This document shows positions 1 to 10,359 of a stretch of DNA of 64,000 nucleotides, one piece after another. Positions within the stretch are counted from its first letter, which is position 1. Every line of letters begins with the position of its first letter. This DNA comes from Azolla caroliniana (lineage: Eukaryota > Plantae > Polypodiophyta). The notes under the pieces are model-generated. The model saw only the letters and a list, made by a program, of their open reading frames with translations, did no database searches and had not been told where the DNA came from. The DNA is taken from the NCBI GenBank assembly GCA_043228905.1, contig JBHGNT010000018.1, positions 8,308,001-8,372,000 of the forward strand, given 5' to 3'. The position numbers were made by a program, and so were the translations under genes.

Positions 1-241
1 TATAACAATGAGTACAGAATGGTAATCATTACTGAAAGATTAAGGCAATCAGTTCTATTAATTATCCGCTGTCAATTACATTATAACCGGGCCTTTATAT
101 AGGTCTCCGGTACGAAGTACAAAACGGTGCCAACTGGCACCTTTTCGGGATCGGTCCGGATCCGGATCGGCATACTGATTCCGGTCCGTCTGTCCACATC
201 TTCTCCTATATTAATATATATTAAGACTACTAATTACAACA
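1..241 (-). repeat. Distal end of an LTR (element continues beyond the window)
   Basis: Ends ...ttacaaca; has cctttatatagg and a ggatccggatcgg motif also seen in the LTR at 49378-49763. Confidence 0.5.
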
Positions 242-461
242 GTTCCTGAATAAACTATTCCTTTCACACTCTGGTTTGGACCTCCTTAAGCCTTCTTGCC
301 AGCTGGATAACAATCCACGATGGATCGAAGCCATGAATGAAGAAATGTAGGGTTTAAGCAAAAACGAGACATGGGATCTCATCCCCCATACTTCAAGCAA
401 GAAAGCAATCAGTTGTAGATGCATTTTCAAAGTAAAATATAATGTTGACAGCTCGGTAAAT
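242..461 (+). pseudogene. Copia reverse transcriptase N-terminal fragment
   Basis: Reads WIEAMNEEM*GLSKNETWDL...CIFKVKYNVDSSVN; interrupted by LTRs on both sides. Confidence 0.8.
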
Positions 462-1726
462 TGTTGTCTCCTTCCTCAATGAGAACACCTTCTATTAGTT
501 CTAGTGTAATCGGCTCAAGGAATCATGGTTACGTAGGAATGGAAACACAGGGGTGTCAGAAGCTGATCAAGTACAAAAATTGTTGGTCACAATTCGGCCT
601 TACGACTTGCACTTAACACAGGGACAAAAATCCAATAGTACAGATGAATAGTTGATGACATAAATAGATTAGAACCACAACAAGTATATTATAAGATTAG
701 GATAAAATTATTACACGGCTCACGGCCGAGATTTCTATTCACTCTCTCTAATAGAAAACAAGACATACAATTCGTTCTCTCTAATAGGGGATCTCCTTTC
801 CTCTCTCTCTTATCCCGCATCATTTCCTACTGCTTCGGCTCATCTTTTATAGCTCTCGTCTCCTTGGGCGCGCTCCTATTACTTCTCTCGGTTACGACCT
901 CCAAACTCGGTTGTGTATATTTCGTTTACCTTCTCCATTCTTGGTCAGTTCATTCCCTCCTACCTTACCTACTTGTTAGATTCGTTTCATACTTATTGCC
1001 TCTTTATCCCACAGATAACACTTGGCATGCCCGTGGGACACCCAAAACTCACAAAAAATCGAAAGCGAAACATGTTATGTTATAGTCATTCTTCTTCCAA
1101 AATGGCGAGGATGTCCTTGAGATGTGGCTATGTCAGTGTTGGAGGTGGCTCTTCTTCTGTGAGCTCATTGGTGCGTAACTCGACTAATATATCCAGTTGC
1201 TTGTCTTGAGTCTCCTTCGTGGATTCTGGAACCATTGCTTCTGGATGTGGTTTCATGATCGGTGCATCCACTTGCTCGGTTACTACTCTCAACCGTGGTT
1301 CTTTTTCTTCTTTCGGTGCCTGTGCGGCTTCATTGATTTCATTGGCTATTGATGCTTGTGCGGTGGCTTCTGCTTCCTTTTTAGCGAGGAGTCGCTCTTG
1401 TTCATAGGTTTCCGCATCCAATCTCTACAGCATTTCATTGTCATTGAATTCCTCAACGAGGTGTCCGATCGTAGTCATGTGTGTTTGCACCAAGGCGTGG
1501 AATTCCTCGGCGACATCTTCGCGTAGGATTTGGATGTTGTTTTCATCCATTTTGTAAAAACCACAACCTTCTTTTCTCCGATTTTCAGCATCTGATCGAA
1601 AGACCTTTAATTCGGCTGCCCTAGTCGACCATTCAGTCCAGTCACGAGCGAGTGTCTCCTCAACTTTTTGATTAAGCTGTATTCAGCATTTGGCCACTGT
1701 GGCTTTGATTCGTTCTTCCCCCACTT
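462..1726 (-). mobile_element. 3' remnant of a non-chromovirus Gypsy: LTR 462-1020 plus end of the extra 3' ORF
   Basis: LTR tgttgtc...gataaca; adjacent tggcatgcccgtgggac (1023-1039); minus frame FYKMDENNIQILREDVAEEF matches FYKMDEESIVAIREELSEDF in ORF 49814-51214. Confidence 0.8.
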
Positions 1727-4700
1727 TGACAAGAACTACGCGCTCTCTAAACACAACGCTCGGCCACAACCGAGTCTAGGATCAAACACAGAAAACGGGT
1801 AATGTACGCACGACACAGTGAAGAGAAGAGTACACAGGATGTTAACGTGGAAAACCCAAACTAGGGAAAAACCACGGCAGCCCACAGACTGCAAACTATC
1901 ACTATATCACAATGTACAATAGTGAAGCACCGAGGCAACGACCTCGAGCTTGCTATCTTCGCCATATGCGGCGGTTACAACAGAGGTAACGACCCCTTCC
2001 TCTCTCTCTCTCTCTCTGTACACAGTTACGCACTCAAATCTTGCACCAACAAGAAATGACAACTACAATAACCACTAAGTTTGCCCTAAGTCATATTTAT
2101 ACTAATATGACTTTTCATCTATTTACAAATATAGCCCCGATGCACTCTCAGAAAACATATTTACGAATATGTCCCTTCATCTGGTGAGCAGTTCTCACCG
2201 GGCCTTCACCATCCGGCTCTTGCCGGGTACTCGTCATCCGGTTCTCACCGAGCCTTCCTTGTCGGGTACTCGTCATCCGGTTCTCACCGGGCCTTCCTTG
2301 CTGGGTGCTCATCATCCGGTTCTCACCGGGCCTTCCTTTCCGGGTACTCGTCATCCGGTTCTCACTGGGCCTTCCTTGCCAGGTACTCGTCATCCGGTTC
2401 TCACCAGGCCTTCCTTGTCGGGTACTCGTCATCTGGATCTCACCGGGTCTTCCATTGCCGGGTACTCCAATCCCATCCGGAGGGATGTGTTTCCTAACAA
2501 AGTCCCCCTTCACTCCGGCATGGGATGTCTTACTAGTCCGATCCGCTTCCGACATGCATCCAGCCTGTCAGGTATCAGTACTTTGGTCAGCATATTTGAC
2601 CCGTTCTCGGCCGTGTGGATCTTCATCAACGCGAACTCTCGATCTTCTACTCGCTCCCGGATCCAGTGATACCTACGCTGGATGTGCTTTGTCCTGGAGT
2701 GGTACGTTGCGTTCTGAGCAAGGTGGATGGCACTTTGACTGTCACAATAGAGCCGGTATTCATCTTGCCAGATACCAAGCTCTCCGATGAAGTCCTTCAT
2801 CCATAGTATTTCCTTTCCGTCTTCCACAGCCACCATGTACTCCGCTTCCGTGGTTGACAACGCAACCGTCTTCTGCAGGCTCGACTGCTACGAAACAGCT
2901 CCCCCTGCATATGTCATTACATACCCGGATGTAGACCGGCTGGTATCCACTTCAGCCGACAAGTCTGAATCGGTAAAACCGTCAAGTTGAGGTCTACCGG
3001 AGCCGAATCGGAGACACATGTTCGAAGGGGTCTTCAAGTACCGGAGTATCCATTTGACCGCGTTCCAGTGCTCCTTACTGGGATTGCTCATAAACCGGCT
3101 CACCACTCTGACTGCGTATCCTATATCTAGTCAGGTACACACCATTGCGTACATTAAGCTCCCGATGGTAGAGGCATATGGAACCTTCATCATATCAGCC
3201 TTCTCTGCTTTTGTCTTCGGGCTTTGTTTACTGGATAATCTGCAGTTTACCAGGAGTGTCGATCTGACCGGTTTCGCTTCTAGCATGTTGAAGCGCTGAA
3301 GCACTTTTGTCACGTATTTCTCCTGTGACATCCACAATTGCTTCGTTGGCCGGTTCCTAATGATATGCATCCCTAACATCTGTCTTGCCGGACCCAAGTC
3401 TTTCATTGCGAAAGTTCGGTTGAGAGCCTTCTTCAGCATCCGTACTCTGGCTTGGTCCCATCCAACGATCAACATGTCGTCCACGTACAGAAGGAGTATC
3501 AGGAAGTCGCCTCCTTCGAACTTCTTCCCAAACACGCAGTGATCAGCCTACGTCTTGTGGTACCCTTGATTGGTCATGAAGGAATCGAACTTTTGGTACC
3601 ATTGTCGGGGAGCCTGCTTCAGTCCGTATAGGCTCTTCTTCAACCGGCAAACCAGGCACTCCTTCCCTTTCTCCACGAATCCTTCCGGTTGTTGCATGTA
3701 GATCTCCTCTTCTAGGTCACCGTGAAGGAATGTTGTCTTCACGTCTAGCTGCTCTACCTCGAGGTCCATGCTTGTCGTTATACTCAGCACCGTCCGGATG
3801 GAGGTCCTGCATGGCACTTAACCATTTTCGGCTGTGGGTGTCACTTTTAGCTTCCTTGAAGGTTTCTTGCTCCCCCTCATCGTTCAGCAGCACATGCTCT
3901 GCATCCGGAAATCTTCGGGGGGTCCTTCTCTCTCTGAGAGGATATCTCCGTCTTTGACCTTCGGCAACCGACTCCACTATTTGTTCTTCATCCGAATCCG
4001 ATTCGGGGTCTTGGCCGGTTCCGGTTTCACCTATTCCTTCTTCTTCGGTCTGTCTTGTCTCCTTACCGTCACCGGATGATTCATCGAGTGCTAACCGGTC
4101 TCTTGTCGGTTAGGTCTACTCATCATAGAATCGATCCTTACCGGTCGACTTGGAGTTCATTATCTTCTTCTCCGACTCCCAATCGGCGAGCGTCTTGTCC
4201 TCCATGAAGATAATATCTCCACTCCGGAATACCTTCTTGTCAGCTAGGTCCCACACTCGGTAGCCGAACTCATTGTCGTCGTAACCGAGGAATATACATG
4301 ACCGGGTATTTGGATCCAACTTTCCTCTTCGGTCCTTAGCAACATGCACGTACGCGAGACACCCGAATACCTTCAGATGCCGGTAGGACACTTCCTTACC
4401 GGTCCACACCTTCTACGGTGTGTCTCCATCCAAGGGCACTGAGGGTGATCTGTTTATCACATACGTTGTTGTCGACAGCGCCTCAGCCCAAAACTTCTTA
4501 GGTAATTTTGCATGCGCCAGCATACTCCGGACCCTCTCCATTATGGTCCGGTTCATCCTCTCGGCCAGCCCGTTTAGTTTCGGTGTCTTCGGCACGGTAA
4601 ATTCAAGCCAGATTCCCTTCGAACAACAGTACTCCTCGAACTGCCCCTAGTATTCACCTCCGTTATCTGCTCGAACCGCCTTCAGCTTCCGACTGGTTTC

Positions 4701-6855
4701 TCTTTCCACTCTCGCGTGGAGCTCTTTGAAGACGGATAGCACCTGATCCTTCGTCTTCAGCGGTGTGGCCCACAACTTCCGGGTGTGGTCATCTATGAAC
4801 GTCACGAAATACTGCGATCCTGCATGTGACTTCGTGTCCACTTGACACACATCAGTATGCACCAACTCCAGTGGTGCATTACATCTCATCGGTGGCCTCG
4901 ATCGGAAGGAGGTCCGGTTTTGTTTACCGGCCAGGCAATCAATGCACTTCTCGAAGTGCACGTTCTTCACTGGAATGAGGTTGTCGTCTGCAAGCCTCTT
5001 CATCCCCTTCTCACTCATGTGATACAACCTCTTGTGCCACAGCTCACCGGCAGTGTCGGCTGCCACGTACACTTCCTCCGGATATAACCGGGCATTCATC
5101 AGGTACAACGTGTTGACCTTCCAGGCCCGAGCCACAATCAAGCTCCCTTTGCTGAACTTCATAACACCGTTCCGGATGCTACCCGTGTAGCCTTCATCAT
5201 CTAGCCGACCGGCTGATATCAGGTTCAGAAGAACCTCCGGAACGTGTCAGACATCCTTCAGCAGCAGCTTGCATCCGGTTGGTGTTGTCAACCACATGTC
5301 TCCTATGCTGACAATTCAGCATGTACCTTCAATCCCCATCCGGACACAACCGTGATCACCGGTTGAGTAGGATGAGAAGCATTTCTAGTCCGGGGTAAGG
5401 TGGAACGACGCTCCGGAGTCGACCACCCAGGTCATCTTGTCGCCGGCAAGGTTTAGCTCACTCTCCCCGGTGATGAGCATCAACTCTTCTTCACTTGCCG
5501 TGATTGTTGTCGTTCCCTTCCAGTTCATTTCCCTCCGTTCTTTACCGCTCCGGTCCTGTGTCCGCTTCAAATCGATGCCGTCGGTTTCCTTGTCTTTACG
5601 GAAGTGCCGATAGTTTTTTTGGAAGTGTCCCGGCTTGCCGCAATAGAAGCAGGTAGGCCTCCCCTTGACTTTGACTGTGTCCCCGACTTCTCCCGGATCT
5701 AGGGACTACGGTTCCTTTGTCTTCCACGTTCCGATTCGTTAAGGAGCGCTTTGGAGTCGGAGCTCGTATCCTTATCTTTCCGACGCACCTCCACATCTAG
5801 CAAGCTTGACTTCACTCTTCTTAGGGATAACCGTTTTCCTTTCGGCCTGGCGTTGCCCAAGGTGACAACCAAAGTCTCCCAGCTATCTGGGAGGGAACCG
5901 AGCAGGAGTAGTGCTAGTACCTCATCGGCGAGAGGTACTTCCAATGATGTTGCTTGGTGGATCAGCCCCTCGAAGGCATTCATGTGCTCCGCCATGCTGG
6001 AGCCATCTTGGTACCGAAGTTTTACTAGCTTCCGAAATAACGAAACCTGATTAACAACATTTTTGTTCTGAAACATAATGTCGATCTTCTCCTAGAGCTC
6101 ATGAGCCTTACTCTCTTCATTAAAGTTGTTGGATAGACTCATGTCGATGAAGCACCGTATGTAAGCCGTTGTCTTCATGTGCATCACCTCCCATATCGTG
6201 CCGTCAATTTTGTCCGGTCTCTTGTCCCCGAACTGAACCGGCAACCAAAGATCTTTAACCACGAGCATGTCCCTCATCTTCGACTTCCACACCGAATAGT
6301 TGGAGCCAGTGAGCTTGAACATGCCTCCCAATGAATCGTCCATTTTTTTGTGTCGTTTCGCTCTGATACCAGTTTGACAAGAACTACGCACTCTCTAAAC
6401 ACAACGCTCGGCCACAACTGAGTCTAGGATCAAACACAGAAAACGGGTAATGTACGCACGACACAGTGAAGAGAAGAGTACACAGGATGTTAACGTGGAA
6501 AACCCAAACTAGGGAAAAACCACGACAGCCCACAGACTGCAAACTATCACTATATCACAATGTATAATAGTGAAGCACCGAGGCAACGACCTCGAGCTTG
6601 CTATCTTCGCCACAGGCGGCAGTTACAACAGAGGCAACGACCTCTTCCTCTCTCTCTCTCTCTCTGTGTACACAGTTACGCACTCAAATCTTGCACCAAC
6701 AAGAAATGACAACTACAATAACCACTAAGTTTGCCCTAAGTCATATTTATACTAATATGACTTTTCGGCTATTTACAAATATAGCCCCGATGCATTCTCA
6801 GAAAACATATTTACGAATATGTCCCTTCATCCGGTGAGCAGTTCTCACCGGGCCC
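1727..6855 (-). mobile_element. Degenerate Copia (Tnt1/Tork-like) LTR retrotransposon
   Basis: 3' LTR 1727-2499; 5' LTR 6375-6855 (truncated); iMet PBS ~6360-6371; PPT 2500-2510; broken gag, protease (VDSGASFH), integrase, RT (YVDD) and RNase H frames closely similar to 31757-35833. Confidence 0.95.
2190..2470. repeat. 39-bp tandem repeat (about 6-7 units) inside the Copia LTR
   Basis: Unit catccggttctcaccgggccttccttgccgggtactcgt; produces 13-aa periodic spurious ORFs. Confidence 0.9.
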
Positions 6856-7465
6856 ATAAGGAGAGTGAAAATCAGAAATGACAAAAAAATGAGAGGGGAA
6901 AAAGATATATTCATTACATGCCCATAAGGAGTTTATATAATATATCCAATGTAACGGTTACATGACAATTATAAATAAGACCATTACACATTCTTGTACA
7001 CATGCACATAATTGTGCATGTGTCCATACACATACTCATCCTTACACACTCATTCATATAATACATTACACACCTTAAACTTTACACACCATACACATTA
7101 AACCCTAAACACGTTCGCGTTCACAAGTGGAAGGATCGCGCATAAATGGAAGGATAAGGGAAATTTTAGGGGTTTTTCAATGATTTTACAAAACACATTG
7201 ATACCAGTATCATACATGTTCAACCATACTATGAAAAAGGTTTAAAATCCACTATTTTCGTGATTTAGAAGTAACTAAAAAAAGACGAATTTCAAAAAGA
7301 TACATTCTCAATTTATATCACAAACTTTACAACCAATGTTATTTTATAAGAAACGATTTTTTAGAAATCATAAGAATTCAAAACACATGATTTTATATTA
7401 CTCGATTTGTTACAAGCGGAATGTAGTTACACTTAATAGCCAAATATACATTCATGATCACTCCT

Positions 7466-9403
7466 TTACGGAGAATCACTACTATAACTAATATACAATG
7501 ACGATTCCTCCTCATCATCCTCGGATGTACCAATCAATGCATTATCTTCGTCATAAACCAAATGGTTTGACTCTAGATTATATGTAGCAGATCTCGTTTG
7601 CCTTTGACTCGAGCCACCTTGTAGACCTGGTAATTTTTCTTTTATTATATCTATTGTTGACTTCCTTAATCGTCCGGATTTTGTAAGTGTGAAGTCGTAC
7701 ACGATGATATCCACATCAGAGATATCAAGGGTCGAGGTGTTACGAATGTTTCGCTTCCTCTTCCTACCTCCCCTTCTTGTTTGGCATTCAATCATCTCCA
7801 ATGTATACTTACCTGTAAAAGCATTTGCACTTCTAGTGTTGTACCAATGAACATTTATAGACTTGATTGTGTTTTCTATTTCATGCATTAGCACTTCTAG
7901 AATTTTACCAACCCAAAATTGGTGGCCATGTGAGTTCTCATCAGCCAGCGTTGCAATCAACATCCCCGCGGTGAGCTCTTGCAAATTTCCTTGCCATCTA
8001 GCTTCGGCTGCTTTGGTCATCCTTGGTCCCACATAAATGTCTCTTTGTTGTGGATGGACCAAGCTGTCATTAATCGCATTTACTAGTTGCTCCGGACTTC
8101 TATTTACGCGATCATGTTGCAGCGACCATGTGAATGGCGTTTCCAAATTCCAATTATCAACAGATACACAATTGTCTATAATTTCTTTCTGATCACTATA
8201 AAATACATCCCACCATGACGTGTCTTGTTGTGCGGCATATTTCTTGGCGGCCTCAATATGCTTTCTTTTTTCTTCTAAGGCTTGGAGCCATGACCGTTTT
8301 TGTTCTGATACCAAGTCGCTCTGCAACTGTCCTTTCTTCTCAATTGGCATTTGCTTAGCTCCATGGACAATTGTACTCGGCATACAAAGTAATAACTGGC
8401 AAGCACCTTCAGGTTCCCATGTTGTAGAAGATGAATATTGTTTAGCATACAAAAGTGTAGAACCACTTATTCCATCTTTCTTTATCAAAAAAATGTGATT
8501 GAAACTTATATTGTTTAACTGAGCAAGCACTTTAACATTCCCACCACCCCCATCTAATATATATCTCTTAAAGTCATATACCTCCTTCAAGTGTAACACT
8601 TTTGGCCGTGGTGTATAAGCATCACAAATGACATCAAATAGTTTAGGTAAAGTGAAAGCATCATGCCGAGACAACTGTCTGGAGAATGTGCTAAACATCT
8701 GATCTATATGGTCATGTGTGTGGCCAACCAAAAGGAAATTGACTTTCACTTTCCTAAACAATTCTAGGTTGACCAACATACTTAGATAGCCAAATACAGT
8801 TGAATTTTTGTTCTCTCTAGCAGTATTGTCCAATTGAATGTATAGAACAGGGGGGAAAGGTTGTCCCCAAGACATCAAAACTCGGTGAATCACTGTAACT
8901 GTTAGGTTAGGGTCATTGTGAACATTGGGGTAAGTAATGAAGACGTGAGGTCGAACAGACCTATTATAAGCCAAGCATCCCACCAAGTGCATTTGAACAA
9001 GGCATTTGGGGAGCCTCCGCATATGCGGCAAGCATGTCTTCTTCTGGTCCATGCCATCTATCATTAAGCACATGTATTGTTCAGGCCTCTTCAAACACTT
9101 CTCTCTATGATGCATCGCCTTCCTTCTTTCTAAGGATTGTGCCTCACAATGCTCTTGTAGTAACTTCTTACTCGTATCCTTTTCCATTGATGTCTTTGCA
9201 CCTTTAGCCAAACTTTTAAGATTTGCACAAATGGAGCAATACCCCATACGTACTTTACGAGGAATAATAACATTTGAAAACCGAGCTCTCCATAATCTTG
9301 TGAATTGGCTATAGGTGATAGACTTATTACGTGAGCCCAGCATATCAGATCGATAGACATCATAAACTTCCCGATAGAATATGGTGAGTCGGTCGACAGA
9401 CAA
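7466..9403 (-). CDS. Transposase, Sola-like/DUF7869-type RNase H fold (645-aa open frame; N-terminus probably damaged)
   Basis: CxxC (YCSIC), IDGMDQ, LYIQLDNTARENKN, FLLVGHTHDHIDQMFS motifs; lies inside the TIRs. A likely start at 9516 (MSEDSPF...) is in another frame. Superfamily label is from recalled motifs. Confidence 0.8.
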   Translation of the reverse strand: MSVDRLTIFYREVYDVYRSDMLGSRNKSITYSQFTRLWRARFSNVIIPRKVRMGYCSICANLKSLAKGAKTSMEKDTSKKLLQEHCEAQSLERRKAMHHREKCLKRPEQYMCLMIDGMDQKKTCLPHMRRLPKCLVQMHLVGCLAYNRSVRPHVFITYPNVHNDPNLTVTVIHRVLMSWGQPFPPVLYIQLDNTARENKNSTVFGYLSMLVNLELFRKVKVNFLLVGHTHDHIDQMFSTFSRQLSRHDAFTLPKLFDVICDAYTPRPKVLHLKEVYDFKRYILDGGGGNVKVLAQLNNISFNHIFLIKKDGISGSTLLYAKQYSSSTTWEPEGACQLLLCMPSTIVHGAKQMPIEKKGQLQSDLVSEQKRSWLQALEEKRKHIEAAKKYAAQQDTSWWDVFYSDQKEIIDNCVSVDNWNLETPFTWSLQHDRVNRSPEQLVNAINDSLVHPQQRDIYVGPRMTKAAEARWQGNLQELTAGMLIATLADENSHGHQFWVGKILEVLMHEIENTIKSINVHWYNTRSANAFTGKYTLEMIECQTRRGGRKRKRNIRNTSTLDISDVDIIVYDFTLTKSGRLRKSTIDIIKEKLPGLQGGSSQRQTRSATYNLESNHLVYDEDNALIGTSEDDEEESSLYISYSSDSP

Positions 9404-9510
9404 TATTCTTCAATCGAATATGGTGACTCTGTTGACAAACAATACTCTTCAGTAGAAAACGATGGGTCTGATGACAAACAATATTCTTCAATCGAGAACG
9501 GTGAATCTTC
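9372..9510 (-). repeat. 39-bp tandem repeat (about 3.5 units) encoding SPYSIEEYCLSTD-like peptides at the transposase 5' end
   Basis: ORF 9130-9516 begins SPFSIEEYCLSSD PSFSTEEYCLSTE SPYSIEEYCLSTD SPYSI. Confidence 0.85.
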
Positions 9511-10215
9511 ACTCATGGCTTAAGGTCTACATAGGGCTCTCTAAGTTATGGGCTTAGGGTAAGGAAAAAAACTAATAAGCTCGTCTCTAAACATATACTC
9601 CTCTCTAAACATAAACTTCTCTCTAAACAAAAGCCAAATCAATAGAATGTCTATATTATGTAATATTCTATTAATACAATACATCAAAAAATTATTTGTA
9701 ATAAAGTAATTGTACTTAAAATATCAATTATTATATAAACTAGATCTATATGAAGTTAAATCAAGTAAAATATAAAACTAATCATTAACAAGCCATGAAT
9801 ATGTTGGATTAATGTTAAAATCATTGGCTAATTAATGGCACCCATTTTGATATAGAACGTCTCACTCATTGGTTCTTTAATGCTCACCATTTTAAATATT
9901 AGACTTATCAATCATTGGTTAATTCATGCCCACATCTTTAATACACAACATTTGAGAGTCATAAAAATTGTTGCTTTTAGTAATCAATCATTGGTACATT
10001 CATGAACCTCTATCATTGTCTCCTTCATAACCTTTGAAGTCATTGTAGGTTGTTATGACTATAAAAGATTGATCAATATGTTAGTTTGACTTTGTAATCA
10101 TTAATACAATCATAAGTTACTCTAGTTAATGTGACTATGGTTACCAACTAACTATCCTCAAAGTTACCAACCTTGGTTAAGGTGACTATGGTTACTTTAA
10201 CCAATGTGTTCAATC

Positions 10216-10226
10216 CCTATAAATAG
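10216..10226 (+). promoter_or_regulatory. Putative TATA box of the methyltransferase gene
   Basis: ccctataaata about 140 bp upstream of ATG 10360, followed by a leader with 9-bp agagcgtac/agagcacac repeats. Confidence 0.55.
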
Positions 10227-10359
10227 GAAGACCTCGTCATATTTCACTCACCAGAGCGTACAGAGCGTACAGAGCACACAGAACGTAGAGAGCACACAAA
10301 GCACACAGAGCACAAAGCACGAAAGCGCGATCTTCGCCTCCACTTCCACACGATCAACC

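Noticed and set aside
2148-2790. Overlapping 13-aa-repeat ORFs
   Set aside because: Artefacts of the 39-bp LTR tandem repeat.
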